This document shows, piece after piece, positions 54,421 to 64,000 of a stretch of DNA of 64,000 nt; the first letter of the stretch is position 1; every line of letters starts with the position of its first letter. The stretch is from contig CM060731.1 of the NCBI GenBank assembly GCA_030704615.1, forward strand, positions 62,248,001-62,312,000. The letters are read 5' to 3'. Origin of the DNA: Takakia lepidozioides (taxonomy: Eukaryota; Plantae; Bryophyta). The position numbers were made by a program, and so were the translations under genes. The notes below the pieces were generated by a model. That model saw only the letters and a list, made by a program, of their open reading frames with translations. It was not told the origin of the DNA and made no database searches.

Positions 54421-54714
54421 ATGTGCCCTGGAGTGTTTGTGAGGAATTGCAGCGTTAGCTTGAACTTTTTCCAGCCACCGCGCTGCTCCTCCTCCATCCG
54501 GGAGCTGCTGTCATTGAGCGTACTCCGCTACTCTTTTTCAAGGATGTCGTGCCGCCGAAATCCAGCCGACTGCCCTTATCATGGCCACAATTATGCTATG
54601 TTCAAACCAGAACGACCGAATTGCAGCAGAACGACCGAATTGCAGTTTACCTCGAGGTGCCGCAGCAGTGATGAGCTTGTTTTGAGGGGTATCGAAGTTC
54701 CGTCGACTTGGTGA
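54421..54714 (+). pseudogene. Internally deleted paralog of ORF 53430-54260
   Basis: VLRYSFSRMSCRRNPADCPYHGHNYAMF aligns with VLRSSFARMPCFRNRDDCPFGGIDYAMY. FTSRCRSSDELVLRGIEVPSTW* aligns with FTWRSPMTHELVLRAVEVPLTT*. Confidence 0.6.
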
Positions 54715-54971
54715 AGCCCATGTAGAAGGAGGAAGGGCTTAGTTTTGTCTGCAGTTGGTAAATGTGAGACATCGTGTCCGATCAATAAACCCATCGTACC
54801 TCACTTCTGTATGATTGTGTTTCATTGTGTTGAATAACTGTCGGAATTGGCCCACTGTTTACAATTTGATGTCTCATTTCTACAATGTGTCTGTCCGGAT
54901 GAATATAGCAGAGTAACCGGTATGTGAGTCATGTGTCAAGAATATACCAGAGTAACGCCATGTCGGACATT

Positions 54972-55703
54972 GAAATGCGGCGCCGCATTTCCATGTCGGG
55001 ATCGAAATGCGGCACCGCATTTCCATGTCCGACAAGAAAATGCGGTGCATCATTTCCGTCCAGGTACACGAAATACCAACACGGGTCTATAAATTGATCA
55101 GAAAACAAGGTTGGCATTGCAAATGCGGCGACGCATTTCCAGCTTGGCAATGGAAACTTCTTTTTGGACAAGGGAATGCGGTGCCGCATTTCCGTACAAC
55201 ACTTCGAAAAGTGTGACATTTCCGACCAGCGCGATGGAATGTGTTACCGCATTTCCGAGAGAGGGTCTGCAAATGGACAAATTGCGATGTCCGTTCTGGA
55301 AATGCGGCGCCGCATTTCCATGTCCGTCATCGACTTTTTTTTAACAATGGAATGCGGTGCCAATTTTTTGCTGATGGGCCTGCAGTTCGAACAACGACCA
55401 TCCCCAATACTGAAATGCGGCACCGCATTTTCAATCCCGCCATGTCGACCTCCTTGTTCGACCTCGTTGTTCGACCTCTGTAAGCGTGGTGGCATCCATG
55501 CAATGAGCGGGAGAGGCCAAAACTGGCGTGTGGACAAAGGAAATTTTGGAAATGCGGCACCGCATTTCCAATTCAGATTACTTTTTACTATGCCAACATT
55601 GAAATGGAAAATTTAGTCCCTCCCCTGTTTTGGAAATGCGGTGCCGCATTTCCAAAAGAGGTTCTTAGAGTTCCCCTGTTTTGGAAATGCGGTGCCCCAT
55701 TTC
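54972..55703. repeat. Cluster of ~12 palindromic 20-22 bp repeats, consensus GGAAATGCGGYRCCGCATTTCC, with unique spacers of irregular length
   Basis: Copies near 54972, 55004, 55038, 55121, 55172, 55236, 55298, 55349, 55412, 55548, 55632 and 55683. Outliers at 54243, 57004 and 58263. Confidence 0.92.
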
Positions 55704-55840
55704 TGATTTTGGGAGCGTCGTGGTTTGGGCGATTGTGTGGCTGGAATGCACACTGGAGAGGGGTCACGAATGTCGGGCAGAATTTCCTTTATATACTCTG
55801 GAAGAGAATTTACATTTACAGAGACTTCATTAAAATTCTA

Positions 55841-58800
55841 TTAATCTTGAAAATCATCCGAATCCTCATCCTGTTCTAGATTGTCCTGCTCATCCTCCAC
55901 CCCCTCAGTGCCTATCTCATCTCCAGCGGACTGCTCGTTGGCCAGGCTTTCGAAAATCCCATCTTCCCCTTGCGGAACTGTCCATCTCACCTCCGTTGGG
56001 TCGTCTTCCTCCCTGTCTGCGTCGCTCTCATCCGCTGAATCACATATGTACTTTCGTACCCGTCTACCTGCTGCTGCCAACTCTTTCCTTATCCTTCTGT
56101 CCTCCCTAGCCCTCTCCAAAATCTGCTCTACTTTACTGGGATTCTCACTTCTTCTAATCGCTGTATTTGCGAGTTTAGCTGCATAACTAGGAAGGGAGTA
56201 GTCCCTCACCGGGCTCGTCATGAAATCGGCCCTCGCAAATAACGGGACATTCTTCCTGGCAGGAAGTGTAGGCCCTACATGTTTCGACCCGGACCCTGCA
56301 ATCCTGCACATGACAATCATCAACAAGACTAATGAGAACCACAGTCGGGAAATTCGTTTGACATAAATGACCCAGAAGGCTTTGCAAACTTACAATGTTT
56401 GCACTCACTCGTATTCCGGGTTCTCCTCCGCATCAATGTCCACTGTGTCTTCCTCGGACTCCGACGAATCCGAGGAGACTTCCGCTCTGTCGGGAGCCTT
56501 CACATTCCGTTGCAGCCCCTCCAGATGGGATCCCCACACGGATGAATCCTCCTCGTAGGCAAAGAGGTGCCAGTCGGAAAACCGCCCAGCCCACATTGAG
56601 GCACGTGTTACAATGCCATCCACACATTACCACATGGCGCTTCAGATGTTGCGAACTACATCCTAACGAGAATTTGCAGAACAGGATAGATCAAGATTCT
56701 GCATACCTGTCCCACAGATGAGGTCGAGCACTGTGCCCTCCACGTCTGTGCATGTCTCCATAATTGTCTGAATGAAGGCAGGGCTCCGAGTCCGTGAGTA
56801 CCGCAGGGGTTCCGTTGAAGTGAGGCTATGAGGGAGAAGTTCCTTGGGAACGTTGTTGAACAGAACGTCGTAATCGAGTGGGTCGCAGTTCGGGTCAACC
56901 TTTCCTCCCTCCTTCCGGAAAGCAAAGGTGGAGTTCTCCTTCACAAAGCAGTATGCATCGAACTGCTTCGTCTGCATACACAGGGGGAAAACGATTAGAA
57001 ACCGAATGCGGCACCGCATTTGAAACACCCAAGCAAATGAATGGACGAGTGCCAGTGTCGTAATCACCTTCTTCCCTTCCGACCGAAGGCCCAGTGTGTT
57101 GATGCACGTCCACTTCTTTTTCAGAATCGGGACGGCGCTCTTGCGGGTCCACTTCGCAATTCCTGTCTGAGTGTTTTTTCCTCTGCTCGCCAGGACAACC
57201 ACACAGCCTCTGTCGTCCAACACCATGCGGGCAAGCCCGAATCCTTTCTTCCAAAAGTCCTCCGAGTACCTGTTCCAAGATGGCAAAGCTTGCAGTCCTT
57301 CCACAGGCTCTCCGTCCGGAATATCCAAGATGATCATATCGCAAGACCACTCGGTGGCATTTCCGCCCCTCCTACAATCCTTGTCTGCACACACCCTCTC
57401 AAAGAACGAGACCATATTCTGAAATCCTGGGGTGTCGGAAGGCTCTTCGGCAGTCGCCTTCTTCAGTGCTCTGCCCTTCAGACCCTCCATGGTCTTCAGG
57501 TATGCCAACTTGGCTGCCCGTCCATCCAAAGCCGCCAAGAAACTCTCATTTACACACTGGACTACAGTTTCGGGAGCCACTTTCGGCCTCTTCATTTCCA
57601 CCGGCTCGAAAGGGTGCCCCCCTGGGGGGTTGAAGAGTGCCTTATTTGCCGAGCCAGTTCTCGTGCCTCTCGTGACAACGGTGGGCACAGGGGAGGCAGC
57701 CTGCGTTTGGGGGGTGGGCTGGTTGCAAAGTCTCCATCGGAGTCCTCTTCCTCACCCTCTTCCTGAACAGGCTGTTTCTGCTTCTTCGTTTTGGCGGGTG
57801 TCACAACAGCTGCTCCTTGCTGGCGAGTCCTCTTCTTCGACCCCTCCTGTTGGGCCTGCACAGCTGCATCCACCGTCTTTTGTGCCATCTCAGCTGCCTT
57901 TCTGGATTCTTCCAGAGCAGCAGATTCCTTTGCCGACTTTGGCCCAGCAGGGACACGTCTTTCCTTTCTCTTCTCTTCTACCAAGGCGTGCAGATCTTTC
58001 TCAGACTCGTCAACAATACCGCCAGACATGTCCAGGTACCAGGGGCATCCAACGAGATGCGCGGGATGCCATTGTTTCTGCATCTCGGGTGTGTAGACAC
58101 AGCTTGGGCCCGCCACGGTCCAAGCCATGAAGAACGGGGGCTCTTGAGCCAGGGCCCCTGTCTGAAGGAGCACGTATTTCATATACCTGCAAGGCAGTCA
58201 GCATGCGTGAGCAAAAGTTGAGACCAACCTACTGGCAGAGTGCCACCGAAAACATAAAATGCGAATGCGGTGCCGCATTTCCGAGACAAACCTCGTAACC
58301 GGCTTCGCATACAAGGGCAGCTGTGCTTCACCTGTAAACAATTTGCATTGCAAGCTTTCCCCGCTCCCTCCTGATGTGTAAACTCCACGCTCCTTCTTGC
58401 TGTCTGTAGCTCTCTGGCGAAAAGGTTGTCCTTGTACGCACATCTGAAACGTGTCACGTAGTCTTCCAATGTCTGTGTTCCATCCCATTTGACGTACAAG
58501 CCGAACGAATTTGTGTGCATTACGATTTGCTCCTTCGCATTCGACATTACCTGCGATTCCCAAATCCATTGTCACGTAGCAGTTCAGGGAATTCATGTCA
58601 GAAAAGAAATCTGGGGAAGTACCTTGAATTACCTGGAACCACCAAGTCATACGGTTGAGCCACACATCCACTGCAGGGTCGGAAACTTCCAGTGGAAAAG
58701 ACCACATTGTCCTTATGCTCTCGGATGCATTCCAGATCGACAGCCACCGTGTCTGCCATTTCCGATCCAATGTCAGGAGCTGGAAGAGAGTGGCTATTGC

Positions 58801-58932
58801 TAGGAAGGAACTTCAGTGCATTGAAACCTCACCTTCTCTTTCGCCTCCACACATGCCGTTGAGAGGTGATGCAGTTTCTCCAATTGCATGGTCGGCTGCA
58901 TGGCCCGAGAAAAGTGTTTTGCAATCTCGGGG
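55841..58932 (-). CDS. Spliced, partly degenerate gene with a beta-class N4-cytosine/N6-adenine DNA methyltransferase-like domain, a Lys/Glu-rich linker and an acidic tail; 5' end lost in the N gap
   Basis: Motifs occur in beta order: DMIILDIPDG (motif IV, 57325-57314), W..YSEDFWKKGFGLARMVLDDRGCVVVL, RSPAFIQTIMETCTDVEGTVLDLICGTG (motifs X and I, to 56707), then IVTRASMWAGR..HLFAYEED. GT-AG introns at ~58832-58780, 58632-58551, 58331-58187, 57068-56973 and 56408-56304. Frameshifts near 58400 and 57700, and one doubtful acceptor near 56618. Confidence 0.72.
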
Positions 58933-59432
58933 NNNNNNNNNNNNNNNNNNNNNNNNNNNNNNNNNNNNNNNNNNNNNNNNNNNNNNNNNNNNNNNNNNNN
59001 NNNNNNNNNNNNNNNNNNNNNNNNNNNNNNNNNNNNNNNNNNNNNNNNNNNNNNNNNNNNNNNNNNNNNNNNNNNNNNNNNNNNNNNNNNNNNNNNNNNN
59101 NNNNNNNNNNNNNNNNNNNNNNNNNNNNNNNNNNNNNNNNNNNNNNNNNNNNNNNNNNNNNNNNNNNNNNNNNNNNNNNNNNNNNNNNNNNNNNNNNNNN
59201 NNNNNNNNNNNNNNNNNNNNNNNNNNNNNNNNNNNNNNNNNNNNNNNNNNNNNNNNNNNNNNNNNNNNNNNNNNNNNNNNNNNNNNNNNNNNNNNNNNNN
59301 NNNNNNNNNNNNNNNNNNNNNNNNNNNNNNNNNNNNNNNNNNNNNNNNNNNNNNNNNNNNNNNNNNNNNNNNNNNNNNNNNNNNNNNNNNNNNNNNNNNN
59401 NNNNNNNNNNNNNNNNNNNNNNNNNNNNNNNN
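58933..59432. other. Assembly gap (500 N)
   Basis: Run of N. Confidence 1.
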
Positions 59433-60056
59433 GTCACGATCATAGGGAACGAAGAGTAGGACAGGGAACGACTGTGGGGAACAACACCTGCGAAGGGAAC
59501 ATGTTAGTTCACAGACGACGGTTAGTGAGGGAAACGGTTAGAACCGCGGATAGGAAGATAAAGGGGGAAACGGGAATTGAGGGACATCATTCGGAGGAGA
59601 GGGATCGGGTAGAGATGAGGAACGGAAGTGAAGATAGAGAGATGATGAGTAGATGCTTGATATATGCAAGGCTGTAATGATATTGTAGAGCAGATTAGAG
59701 ACACAATGGCTTCGGCCTGATACCTGATAAATCATAATCGGATACTTTTACGATACAATCACACTGTGTAGAGAGATCTGAGTGAAGCTGTGAAATGAAT
59801 GGATGAGCTGATGGAATCCAATAGATTGATAAAGCAAACTGATACTTAATTATCAATGGTAAGATAGCTAACATGAATACCAAAAGGAAACAAATAGGAA
59901 ACACCCCCATGATACACTAGCTGTAGGTCATGACTGATTGTTCTGCGCGGGCTGAGTACTTAGAGATTTCCAACTCTTCTATCTTGGAGTTTCCGCCTCG
60001 AATAGCGAAGGGATGGGTGAGTAAAAGCCGCGCGACATTTGGCGACCATACTGGGG
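59433..60056 (+). mobile_element. 5' LTR (~59432-60037) and primer-binding site (60038-60056) of a Ty3/Gypsy element
   Basis: (T)GTCACG...CGCGACA inverted termini, followed directly by TTTGGCGACCATACTGGGGA, a PBS of the kind seen in non-chromovirus (Athila/Tat/Ogre-related) elements. Confidence 0.78.
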
Positions 60057-60078
60057 ACTGGGACATGAACAACCAGAT

Positions 60079-60624
60079 GTGACAGGCATCTGGTGGGATC
60101 ATGGTGGTTGGACCATTAAAGAATTTGAAGTGAATCAAATTCCCTGTGGAACGAAGGAAGAAAGATTGTCCAAACAATTCTTTCAAAGGTTCTTGGAATT
60201 GCCAGACGGTTGTAAAGAAAATATTCTTAAACGAGTGCATGATGCTGATCCAGAATGGGGTCTGGAGAAAGGAGTGATAAAGATTTATCAGGTAGCCTGT
60301 AGAGGAAGAGCACGTTGGTTACCAACATTGGTTTATGTGATAGCATTGCTATCCATTAAACGAGTAGAGTTTGAAGGCTGGGAAGAAAGAAAGGTGAATG
60401 TTTATACTCATATGCATGAAGAGCTTGTACTGGTAAAGAATTGGATTCCAAAGGATATTTTGTGGATCAAACTCACACCAAGAACAGCTTTTCAGACTTG
60501 TTTGCCATATGGTTATATGGTAACGGAGACTTCAAGTATAGCCAAGGGTGCATTGAAGCTTGAAAGAAACCCAGGCATATACGAGAGATATTACAGAAGA
60601 GAGTTTTGGTTATTGCCACATTAA
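60079..60624 (+). CDS. Extra ORF upstream of gag in the Gypsy element, unknown function
   Basis: 181-codon, Trp-rich open frame between the PBS and the gag start. Confidence 0.55.
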   Translation: MTGIWWDHGGWTIKEFEVNQIPCGTKEERLSKQFFQRFLELPDGCKENILKRVHDADPEWGLEKGVIKIYQVACRGRARWLPTLVYVIALLSIKRVEFEGWEERKVNVYTHMHEELVLVKNWIPKDILWIKLTPRTAFQTCLPYGYMVTETSSIAKGALKLERNPGIYERYYRREFWLLPH

Positions 60625-60645
60625 AAGAAATGAAAGACATGGGAC

Positions 60646-63600
60646 ATGAGTGATGAAAGAGAAGCTAGACGACAGAGATATTCAGCAAAAAGAGAAAGCT
60701 ATCTGAAAGCTAATTATCCATATCTTTGGGAGAGAGGAATAGACATAGGGGAATCATCTGGACCTCTCACACCATTAAGATCAAAGAGTGCATCACCTAT
60801 ACCGGAAGAACTAGAGTTGGATGCCACTCCTTCTGTTTCTTTGCAAGAAAGATTAAGGGAATTGGTACAGGAAGAAGATCAATCACGAGGTGAAAGATCT
60901 GAGGTACATCCTTGGATAAAAGACTTGACAGAAATCTTTGATAAGAGTTGGCATGGAACACCAAAAGCAGGAACTCCAGTTTCTGAAGCAGAAGGTGAAG
61001 AAGGAGAAGAGGATGTGGCAGAGCCAACGGAGAGTTCAGACTCTCCAACACCATTACAGTTGAGTTACATGAGTGAAGAAGAAACCCAAGGGCAGAACTT
61101 GGAGGATGAAAACAGAGAGAAGAAATTAGAAGAGGAAGAATATGAAGAAGTAGACCCAACAGCTGAGGTTGAGACTACAACCAGGACATCCCAACCCGTT
61201 GGACCTGGATCAAGTGGAGCACTTGGATCACAGGCCAACGAAGGTGTCGGCTCAGGGGGATCAGGCGGGCTGCCTGGATCTGGCTCTGGGGGACAGGGAG
61301 TGTGGGAAGTAGTGCAACTGAAGCTGGGAATACTGTGAATATCGTGGGGCCAGAAGCAAGGAGTGCTCAAGGGCCACCACTTGGTGGAAGATCCACCACA
61401 AAAACAACAGGTCCAGAAGGACCAGCACCAGCAAGGGTGCCAGCACCTGTCAGTGGGCAGAAGGTAGGGCCACAGATGGCGTTACAACCAACACGGGCAA
61501 AACCACCCTTTCCAATATATTCAGGAAAAGGGATCCCGATGTACACATTAGCCAATTTGAGCACATGTGTATAGTGAACAATGAGAATGGCGATGATGCC
61601 AAGATGAGACTGTTTCCTTGTTCACTTATCAAGAAAGCAAGTGAATGGTATGCAAGATTCCTGATAATCATTTCCTAACCTGGAATGGCTTGAATACAGC
61701 ATTTCGAAATAGGTTCAGGACAAGTAAAACTGAGGATGAAGTGTATGGAAGTTTACAACAGCTGAAGCAGAAGAAGCATGAAACTGTTGAAGAGTATATG
61801 GAGAAGATGGAATTGATGATGAAAAAGCTGGCTGCAGTACCAGCGCCCGGTTTACAGAAGACTTGGTTTGTGAGTGGACTAAGACCAGAGTTGCAAAAGA
61901 AAGTGGATATGTTACCCCATAATACAGTGGAGGAGGCATTTGAAACTGCGAACAGAATTGAGCAATTGGGAATGCTCAGGAGAGAGAAAAAAGAAGATGA
62001 GGACTCTGAGGATGAGTCAGATGAAGAAGAAGAGCAAGAACTAAAAAGAAAGAGTAAGAGAAAGGAGAAGTTGAAGAGGGATAACTATGAAAAAAAATTG
62101 GAAGAAATCTTGAAGAAGTATGCCACAGAGGCTGCAACACATTGGAGGAAGGGTGTATGGTGTGCAAAGTGCCAGAATGAAGGCCATACCACCACAGAAT
62201 GCCACATGAAGGAGAAACACTGTACTATCTGTAAAATGGATAACCATTCTACTGAGAATTGTTACTACAACAGAAGGACAGCTGCAAGAGAACCTAGGCA
62301 AGTAAGGGTGCATCAGGTGCAGCCCCAGCCAAGAAGAAACAATGATCAGGACCACTATGGTAGGTCTGGTGGTTATAACAATGGCATGGAAGGGAGAGGT
62401 AATTCAAGAGGGAATTACCAGCCCGGGAATCAGGATTATAGAAATAATCCAAGAACAGACCAAGGGCGAGGACCCAATGGTGAAGAGCTATGTTACTATT
62501 GTAATCAGCCAGGACATCGCAAGGCAGCCTGTTCATTCTGGATAAGACACCAGAATGAGATGAGAGCTCCTGTGAATGAGGGCCCAGTGGTGGCAGCTCA
62601 CATGGTTAGGCCATGTGTTGTACCAGAAGTAAGTACAATGATAGTAACAAGAAGTAAAGCCAAACTAATACCTCCAGTAGAAGAGGAAGAAGATGAGACT
62701 GGAAGTGGCAATGATATGCCTGAAGATGAAGAGACTTGGAAAGATGAGAAGGAACTGCACAAGGAAGTGGCAGATACTATAAGGGAAATGCAAAAGAGTA
62801 CTGATATTCCTGTGGCAGATTCCTCTGATTCGGATGGAGAAAAAGAAGGGAGTGAGGAAGAAAGGAAAAAAGAGATGCAGACATGCAAAGTAATGAAGAG
62901 ACTTTGGCTGAAGTAATATGTCAGACCAAAGCAGAAATTACCATTGGACAGCTATTAGCTGTGGCACCTTATTGTAGGCACAGGCTGTATCAAGCAATCA
63001 ATCGAATTGCCCAAGAGACAGGAAACACAGACCTGAACAGCAAGGTGACCAGTTATAATGTGAAGCCGGAAGGGCGAGAACCAGTCATGGACTTTGATGA
63101 TTCTATGCCAGTAATCCAATTGAGAATTGGAAGCACAGAACTAACTGATGTACTGATAGATGGTGGTTCTGGAGTAAATATCATGACAGACCAATTAAGG
63201 AAGAAGCTTGGTCTAAGTAACATGAAACCAGCCCCATTTACAGTAACAATGGCAGATCAAAGAAGTGTACAGCCATTGGGATTAATAAGAGGAGTTAAGA
63301 TACAGATACAGAAAATGATCTTTATGATCACAGTAACTGTATTAAAAATGGATGAAGTCATGGAGGCTTACTCCTTATTATTGGGACGTCCGTGGCTGAA
63401 ACAGGCCAGGGTATTCCATGACTGGAATTCTCAGTTACTAACCGTGCATAATGGGATACACGAGATACAAATTACCACAAAGAAATCTAGTAGATTACCT
63501 GCTACAAGAAGACCTCGAGGAGTCAGAGAGTATGACTGGAGAGGAGGACTGGATGAGGAGCAGGAAGCTACCCTATTTGCTGCACACCCAGAGTGGGAGC

Positions 63601-64000
63601 AGGTTGCAGAGATGCGGCTGGAAAGCCTAAGTTGTTTGAGAGGTATCTGCTGTGGTGTAGTGACAGCAACACCAACTGAAGAGGAAACCAGCATTTACCC
63701 ATCACATTTCTATGAAGAAGAAAGGAGAAATAGAAATCCTAGAAGAACCAGCCACTGTGAGCTTACAGGATGAAGTGGTGACTGGTTGGACAATCACAGC
63801 TGATGAGCAGGTGAGAGAAGTAAATGTGGGAACTAAAGAGGAACCGAGGATGGTGAAAGTAGGAGCTGATTTGGAGCCGGAATTCTTCGAAGAAGCTAAA
63901 AGCTTGTTCATCAAATACAGAGATGTATTTGCTTGGAGCTATGAGGATCTAAAAGGGATACCACCTGAAGTCTGTCAGCATAAGATTGAACTGGAACCAG
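60646..64000 (+). mobile_element. Ty3/Gypsy gag-pol (non-chromovirus, Tat-like), frameshifted; continues past the window end
   Basis: Retrotrans_gag (LFPCSL..KASEWY, LKQKKHETVEEY, FVSGLRPEL), three CX2CX4HX4C knuckles, protease VLIDGGSGVN...LLLGRPWL, and the RT lead-in YRDVFAWSYEDLKGIPPEVCQHKIELEP. Confidence 0.93.

Noticed and set aside
54972-55703. CRISPR array (palindromic repeats with unique spacers)
   Set aside because: Spacer lengths are very irregular (~10-115 nt), the repeats are degenerate, no cas genes are present and the context is eukaryotic. Kept as a binding-site array instead.
54929-55879. Short ORFs with repeated MRRRIS, NAAPHF and KCGAAF peptides
   Set aside because: These are translations of the palindromic repeat in six frames.
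57041-58130. Long plus-strand ORFs (241 aa and 232 aa)
   Set aside because: Antisense shadows of the GC-rich minus-strand MTase gene, with no motifs of their own.
55841-58932. Bacterial contamination as the source of the MTase
   Set aside because: The gene has several GT-AG spliceosomal introns and eukaryote-like low-complexity regions, and it is contiguous with plant transposon sequence on its 3' side.
58655-59677. Long ORFs spanning the N run
   Set aside because: Artefacts of translating the assembly gap.

Overview
Intron-containing plant nuclear DNA, probably from a non-seed land plant (inferred from the transposon families; not provable here). Bases 1-17 kb hold two convergent host genes. 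One is the 3' part of a PAA1/HMA6-type Cu-transporting P1B-ATPase (+, 15 visible exons), with a 5'-inverted LINE in one intron. The other is an intact FEZ/ANAC009-like NAC transcription factor (-). Bases 17-31 kb are repeat-rich intergenic DNA with MITEs and a decayed L1-like LINE. Bases 31.8-39.2 kb hold an ACX3-like acyl-CoA oxidase (-) with three apparent inactivating lesions, no visible 5' exons, and SINE and LINE insertions in its introns. Bases 39-64 kb are a transposon cluster, in order: a minisatellite-bearing repeat, a decayed hAT, a decayed Mutator-like transposase, a 525-bp tandem array, an unusual ~6 kb block at 52973-58932, a 500-N gap, and a non-chromovirus Ty3/Gypsy element with an extra ORF ahead of gag. 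The 6 kb block is the most interesting part. It contains a spliced gene with a prokaryote-like beta-class N4C/N6A DNA-methyltransferase domain, about 15 copies of the palindrome GGAAATGCGGCGCCGCATTTCC (also inside two of that gene's introns), and two head-to-head paralogous orphan ORFs. It is a candidate methyltransferase-carrying mobile element.
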